Of a stretch of DNA of 64,000 bases, positions 58,560-64,000 are shown one piece after another. Where the stretch lies: assembly GCF_009914755.1 (NCBI RefSeq), contig NC_060933.1. One strand, 5' to 3'. The translations under genes and the position numbers were made by a program. A model generated the notes under the pieces. It had not been told where the DNA came from. It searched no databases and worked only from the letters and a program-made list of their open reading frames with translations. Source of the DNA: the human T2T-CHM13v2.0 reference genome, Homo sapiens. Every line of letters starts with the position of its first letter. The first letter of the stretch is position 1.

Positions 58560-61500
58560 AATGGAATCATCCGTAATGGAATGGAAAGGAATGGAATGGA
58601 ATGGAATGGAATGGAATGGAATCAACTCGATTGCAATCGAATGGAATGGAATGGAATTAACCCGAATAGAATGGAATGGAATGGAATGGAACGGAACGGA
58701 ATGGAATGGAATTGAATGGAATGGAATGGAATGGAACGGAACGGAATGGAATGGAATGGAATGGAATGGAATGAAATGGAATCAACGCGAGTGCAGGGGA
58801 ATGGAATGGAATGGAATGCAATGGAATGGAATCTTCCGGAATGGAATGGAATGGAATGGAATGGAATGGAATGGAATGAAATGCAATGGATTCAACTCGA
58901 TTGCAATGGAATGGAATAGAATGGAATGGAATGGAATGGAATGGAATTAATCCGAATAGAATGGAATGGAATGGAATGGAATGGAATGGAATGTTATGGA
59001 ATGGAATGGAATGGTACGGAATAGAATGGAATGGAACGAATTGTAATGGAATGGAATTCAACGGAATGGAATGGAATGGAATGGAATCAACGCGAGTGCA
59101 GGGGAATGTAATGGAATGGAATGCAGTGGAATGGAATCATCCGGAATGGAATGGAATGGAATGGAATCAACCCGAGTGCAATGGAATGGAGTGGAATGGA
59201 ATGGAATGGAATGGAACAACCCGAATAGAATGGAATGTAATGGAGAGTAAGGGAGTTTAATAGAATCAATCCGAATGTAATGGAATGGAGTGCAACGGAA
59301 TTGAATGGAATGGAATGGAATGGAATGCAATGGAATTGAATCAACCCGAGTACAATGGAATGGAATGGAATGGAATGGAATGGAATGGAATGGAATGGAA
59401 TGGAATGGAATGGAATGGAATGGAATGGAATGATACGGAATAGAATGGAATAGAACGAAATGGAATGGAATGGAATGGAATGGAATGGAATGGAATGGAA
59501 TCGTTCCGAGTGGAATAGGAGGGAATGTATTCGAGTGGAATGGAAAGTAATGAAATCAACCAGAGTGGAATGGAAGGGAATGGAATGGAATGGAAACTAA
59601 TAGAATGGAATCCACACGAGTGGAATGGAATGGAAAGGACTGGAATGGAAGGGAATGGAATGGAATCAACTCGATTGTAATGGAATGGAATGGAATGGAA
59701 TGGAATGGAATGGAATTAACCCGAATACAATGGAATGGAATGGAATGGAACGGAATGGAGTGGAATGGAATGTAATCAACCCGAGTGCAGGGGAATGGAA
59801 TGGAATGGAATGCAATGGAATGGAATGATCATCCGGAATGGAATGGAATGGAATGGAATGCAAAGCAGTGGAATCAACTCGATTGCAATGGAATAGAATG
59901 GAATGGAAAGGAATACATTGGAATCAACCCGAGTGGAATGGAATGGAAAGGACTGGAATGGAGTGGAATGGAATGGAATGGAATGGAATCAACTCGATTG
60001 GAACGGAATGGAATGGAATGGAATGGAATGGAATGGAATGGAATTAACCCGAATAGAATGGAATGGAATGGAATGGAATTGAACGGAATGGAATGGAATG
60101 TAATGGAATGGAATGGAATGGAATCAACCCGACTGCAGGGGAATGGAATGGAATGGAATGCAATGGAATGGATTCAACTTGAATGGAATGGAAAGAATGG
60201 AATCAACACGAGTGGAATGGCATGGATTGGAATGGAATGGAATGGAATCAACCCGAGTACAGGGGAATGGAATGGAATGGAATGCAATGGAATGGAATCA
60301 TCCGTAATGGAATGGAAAGGAATGGAATGGAATGGAATGGAATGGAATGGAATGGAATCAACTCGATTGCAATCGAATGGAATGGAATGGAATTAACCCG
60401 AATAGAATGGAATGGAATGGAATGGACCGGAACAGAACGGAACGGAACGGAACGGAGTGGAATGGAATGGAATGGAATTGTATGGAATGGAATGGCATGG
60501 TACGGAATACAATGGAATGGAAAGAATTGGAATGGAACGGAATCGAATGGAATGGAATGGAATGGAATGGAATCAACCCGAGTGCAGGGGAATGTAATGG
60601 AACGGAATGCAATGGAATGGAATCATCCGGAATGGAATGGAATGGAATGGAATGGAATGGAATGGAATGGAATGGAATCAACCCGAGTGCAATGGAATGG
60701 AGTGGAATGGAATGGAATGGAATGGAACAACCCGAATGGAATGGAATGTAATGGAGAGTAAGGGAGTTGAATAGAATCAATCCGAATGTAATGGAATGGA
60801 ACGGAATGGAATGGAATGGAATGGAATGGAATGCAATGGAATGGAATCAACCCGAGTACAATGGAACGGAATGGAATGGAATGCAATGGAATGGAATGGA
60901 ATGGAATGGAATGGAATGGAATCAACCCGAGTGCAATGGAATGGAGAGGAATGGAATGGAATGGAATGGAAACTACCCGAATGGAATGGAATGTAATGGA
61001 GTGTAAGGGAATTGAATAGAAACAATCCGAATGGAATGGAATGGAATGGAACGGAATGTAATGTAATGGAATGGAATGGAATCAACCCGAGTGCAGGGGA
61101 ATGGAATGGAATGGAATGCAATGGAATGGAATCATCCGGAATGGAATGGAATGGAATGCAGTGGAATGGAATGGAATGGAATCAACCCGAGTGCAATGGA
61201 ATGGAGTGAAATGGAATGGAATGGAATGGAAACAACCAGAATGGATTGCAATATAATGGAGTGTAAGGGAATTGAATAGAATCAATCTGAATGTAATGAA
61301 ATGGAATGGAACGGAATGGAATGTAATGGAATGGAATGGAATGCAATGGAATGGAATCAACCCGAGTGCAATCGAATGGAATCGAATGGAATGGAATGCA
61401 ATGGAATGGATTCAAATTGAATGGAAAGGAAAGAATGGAATCAACACTAGTGGAATGGCATGGATTGGAATGGAATGGAATGGAATCAACCCGAGTACAG

Positions 61501-64000
61501 GGGAATGGAATGGAATGGAATGCAATGGAATGGAATCATCAGTAATGGAATGGAAAGGAATGGAAAGGACTGGAATGGAATGGAATGGAATGGAATGGAA
61601 TGGAATCAACTCGATTGCAATCGAATGGAATGGAATGGAATTAACCCGAATAGAATGGAATGCAATGGAATGGAACGGAACGGAACGGAACGGAATGGAA
61701 TGGAATGGAACGGAAAGGAATGGAATGGAATGGAATGGAATGGAATGGAATGGAATGGAATGGAATCAACGCGAGTGTAGGGGAATGGAATGGAATCGAA
61801 TGGAATGGAAAGGAATGGAATGGAATCAACCCGAGTGCAGGGGAATGTAATAGAACGGAATGCAATGGAATGGAATCATCCGGAATGGAATGGAATGGAA
61901 TGGAATGGAATCAACCCGAGTGCAATGGAATGGAGTGGAATGGAATGGAATGGAATGGAACAACCCGAATGGAATGGAATGTAATGGAGAGTAAGGGAGT
62001 TGAAAAGAATCAATCCGAATGTAATGGAATGGAATGGAACGGAATGGAATGTAATGGAATGGAATGGAATGGAATGCAATGGAATGGAATCAACCCGAGT
62101 GCAATGGAATGGAATGGAATGGAATGGAATGGAATGGAATGGAATGCAATGGAATGGAATCTTCCGGAATGGAATGGAATGGAATGGAATGGAATGCAAT
62201 GGATTCAACTCGATTGCAATGGAATGGAATGGAATGGAATGGAATGGAATGGAATGGAATGGAACGGAACAGAACGGAACGCAACGGAAAGGAGTGGAAT
62301 GGAATGGAATGGAATTGTATGGAATGGAATGGAATGGTACGGAATAGAATGGAATGGAAAGAATTGGAATGGAATGGAATCGAATGGAATGGAATGGAAT
62401 GGAATGGAATAAACCCGAGTGCAGGGGAATGTAATGGAACGGAATGCAATGGAATGGAATCATCCGGAATGGAATGGAATGGAATGGAATGGAATGGAAT
62501 GGAATGGAATCAACCTGAGTGCAATGGAATGGAGTGAAATGGAATGGAATGGAATGGAGACAACCAGAATGGATTGGAATATAATGGAGTGTAAGGGAAT
62601 TAAATAGAATCAATCTGAATGTAATGAAATGGAATGGAACGGAATGGAATGGAATGTAATGGAATGGAATGGAATGCAATGGAATGGAATCAACCCGAGT
62701 GCAATCGAATGGAATCGAATGGAATGGAATGCAATGGAATGGATTCAACTTGAATGGAATGGAAAGAATGGAATCAACACGAGTGGAATGGCATGGATTG
62801 GAATGGAATGGAATGGAATCAACCCGAGTACAGGGGAATGGAATGGAATGGAATGCAATGGAATGGAATCATCCGTAATGGAATGGAAAGGAATGGAATG
62901 GAATGGAATGGAATGGAATGGAATGGAATCAACTCGATTGCAATCGAATGGAATGGAATGGAATTAACCCGAATAGAATGGAATGGAATGGAATGGAACG
63001 GAACGGAACGGAACGGAGTGGAATGGAATGGAATGGAATGGAATGGAATGGAACGGAACGGAATGGAATGGAATGGAATGGAATGGAATCAACGCGAGTG
63101 CAGGGGAATGGAATGGAATGGAATGCAATGGAATGGAATATTCCTGAATGGAATGGAATGGAATGGAATGGAATGAAATGCAATGGATTCAACTCGATTG
63201 CAATGGAATGGAATAGAATGGAATGGAATGGAATGGAATGGAATTAATCCGAATAGAATGGAATGGAATGGAATGGAATGGAATGGAATGGTATGGAATG
63301 GAATGGAATGGTACGGAATAGAATGGAATGGAACGAATTGTAATGGAATGGAATTGAATGGAATGGAATGGAATGGAATGGAATCAACGCGAGTGCAGGG
63401 GAATGTAATGGAACGGAATGCAGTGGAATGGAATCATCCGGAATGGAATGGAATGGAATGGAATCAACCCGAGTGCAATGGAATGGAGTGGAATGGAATG
63501 GAATGGAAAGGAACAACACGAATGGAATGGAATGTAATGGAGAGTAAGGGAGTTTAATAGAATCAATCCGAATGTAATGGAATGGAGTGCAACGGAATGG
63601 AATGGAATGGAATGGAATGGAATGCAATGGAATTGAATCAACCCGAGTACAATGGAATGGAATGGAATGGAATGGAATGGAATGGAATGGAATGGAATGA
63701 TACGGAATAGAATGGAATAGAACGAAATGGAATGGAATGGAATGGAATGGAATGGAATGGAATGGAATGGAATCGTTCCGAGTGGAATAGGAGGGAATGT
63801 ATTCGAGTGGAATGGAAAGGAATGGAATCAACCAGAGTGGAATGGAAGGGAATGGAATGGAATGGAAACTAATAGAATGGAATCCACCCGAGTGGAATGG
63901 AATGGAAAGGACTGGAATGGAATGGAATGGAATGGAATCAACTCGATTGTAATGGAATGGAATGGAATGGAATGGAATTAACCCGAATACAATGGAATGG
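58560..64000 (+). repeat. Direct duplication at about 4.3 kb offset (~58560-59745 repeated at ~62865-64000, cut by the window end)
   Basis: ORF offset 4297 (58886/63183, 59087/63384). Shared markers: GCAGTGGAATGGAATCATCC, GAGTTTAATAG, GGAGTGCAACGG, TAGAACGAAAT, AATCCAC. Confidence 0.8.

Larger units (their letters stand above)
2043..63149. promoter_or_regulatory. Dispersed set of about 44 perfect three-unit heat-shock-element matches (nGAAnnTTCnnGAAn), mostly gGAAtcTTCcgGAAt; motif match only, function untested
   Basis: 15-mer starts read by eye include 2043, 2462, 2872, 3311, 4827, 5502, 5756, 6446, 6705, 7834, 9091, 9796, 10055, 11174, 12007, 13670, 16502, 20066, 20680, 23451, 28698, 32438, 33781, 34166, 34545, 35543, 38343, 38722, 39720, 42754, 44317, 45185, 47672, 48706, 49569, 50827, 52893, 53922, 54765, 56543, 58204, 58828, 62156 and 63135. 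HSF1 recruitment to SatIII in nuclear stress bodies is established. Confidence 0.55.
1..64000 (+). repeat. Human Satellite 3 (HSat3/SatIII)-type pericentromeric array, (GGAAT)n, G-rich strand on +
   Basis: GGAAT pentamers run end to end. They are interspersed hundreds of times with CAACCCGA(G/A)T, the reverse complement of the A(T/C)TCGGGTTG decamer that classically defines satellite 3. Long perfect GGAAT runs are present and the CATTCGATTC/GATGAT-rich pattern of HSat2 is absent. No CATTC-oriented segment occurs on +. Species and chromosome cannot be proven from the window. Confidence 0.97.

Noticed and set aside
1-64000. Hundreds of ORFs on both strands (MEWNG and IPFHS repeats, up to 473 aa)
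   Set aside because: Pure (GGAAT)n has no stop codon in any of the six frames and has an ATG every 5 bp. The ORFs overlap in all frames and show no domain or gene structure.
1-64000. CRISPR-like arrangement of conserved words separated by spacers
   Set aside because: The 'spacers' are GGAAT runs rather than unique sequence, word spacing is irregular, and no cas genes or leader are present.
1-64000. Human Satellite 2 or alpha satellite identity
   Set aside because: The window has long perfect GGAAT runs with the CAACCCGAGT decamer. It lacks the HSat2 CATTCGATTC/GATGAT pattern and any 171-bp AT-rich monomer or CENP-B box. The 175-bp spacing is built from pentamers.
1-64000. Inversion or embedded transposon (Alu/L1/LTR)
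   Set aside because: No (CATTC)n stretch on +, no poly-A tail and no non-satellite sequence seen anywhere.
1-64000. EWS-FLI1 GGAA microsatellite or telomere-like repeat
   Set aside because: The unit is the 5-mer GGAAT, not tandem (GGAA)n, and there are no TTAGGG arrays.
1-64000. A fixed 1.8 kb or 3.6 kb higher-order repeat as in the chr15 or chrY HSat3 arrays
   Set aside because: Observed offsets vary (0.87-5.6 kb) and each persists for only two or three copies.

Overview
The whole 64 kb window is one uninterrupted block of primate pericentromeric satellite, most likely Human Satellite 3 (HSat3/SatIII). It is a (GGAAT)n backbone in a single orientation, punctuated by stereotyped variant words such as CAACCCGAGT, CAACTCGATT, CAACGCGAGTGCAGGGG, CATCC/CTTCC and GTAAGGGA. 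I see no genes, RNA genes, transposons, CRISPR arrays or unique sequence. All listed ORFs (poly-MEWNG on +, poly-IPFHS on -) are artefacts of a stop-free 5-mer. I found no new gene system. The interesting structure lies inside the satellite. (1) About 44 perfect three-unit heat-shock elements (nGAAnnTTCnnGAAn) are built into one variant word and unevenly distributed. (2) A 14-bp palindrome recurs. (3) Spacings of 50 bp and 175 bp between variant words are nearly fixed. (4) The variant words follow a modular order, and nested 0.9-5.6 kb duplications have junctions in pure GGAAT tracts. (5) There is a CpG-decay signature. Positions and counts were read by eye and from ORF-track offsets, so duplication boundaries are approximate (about +/-50 bp) and counts may be off by a few.
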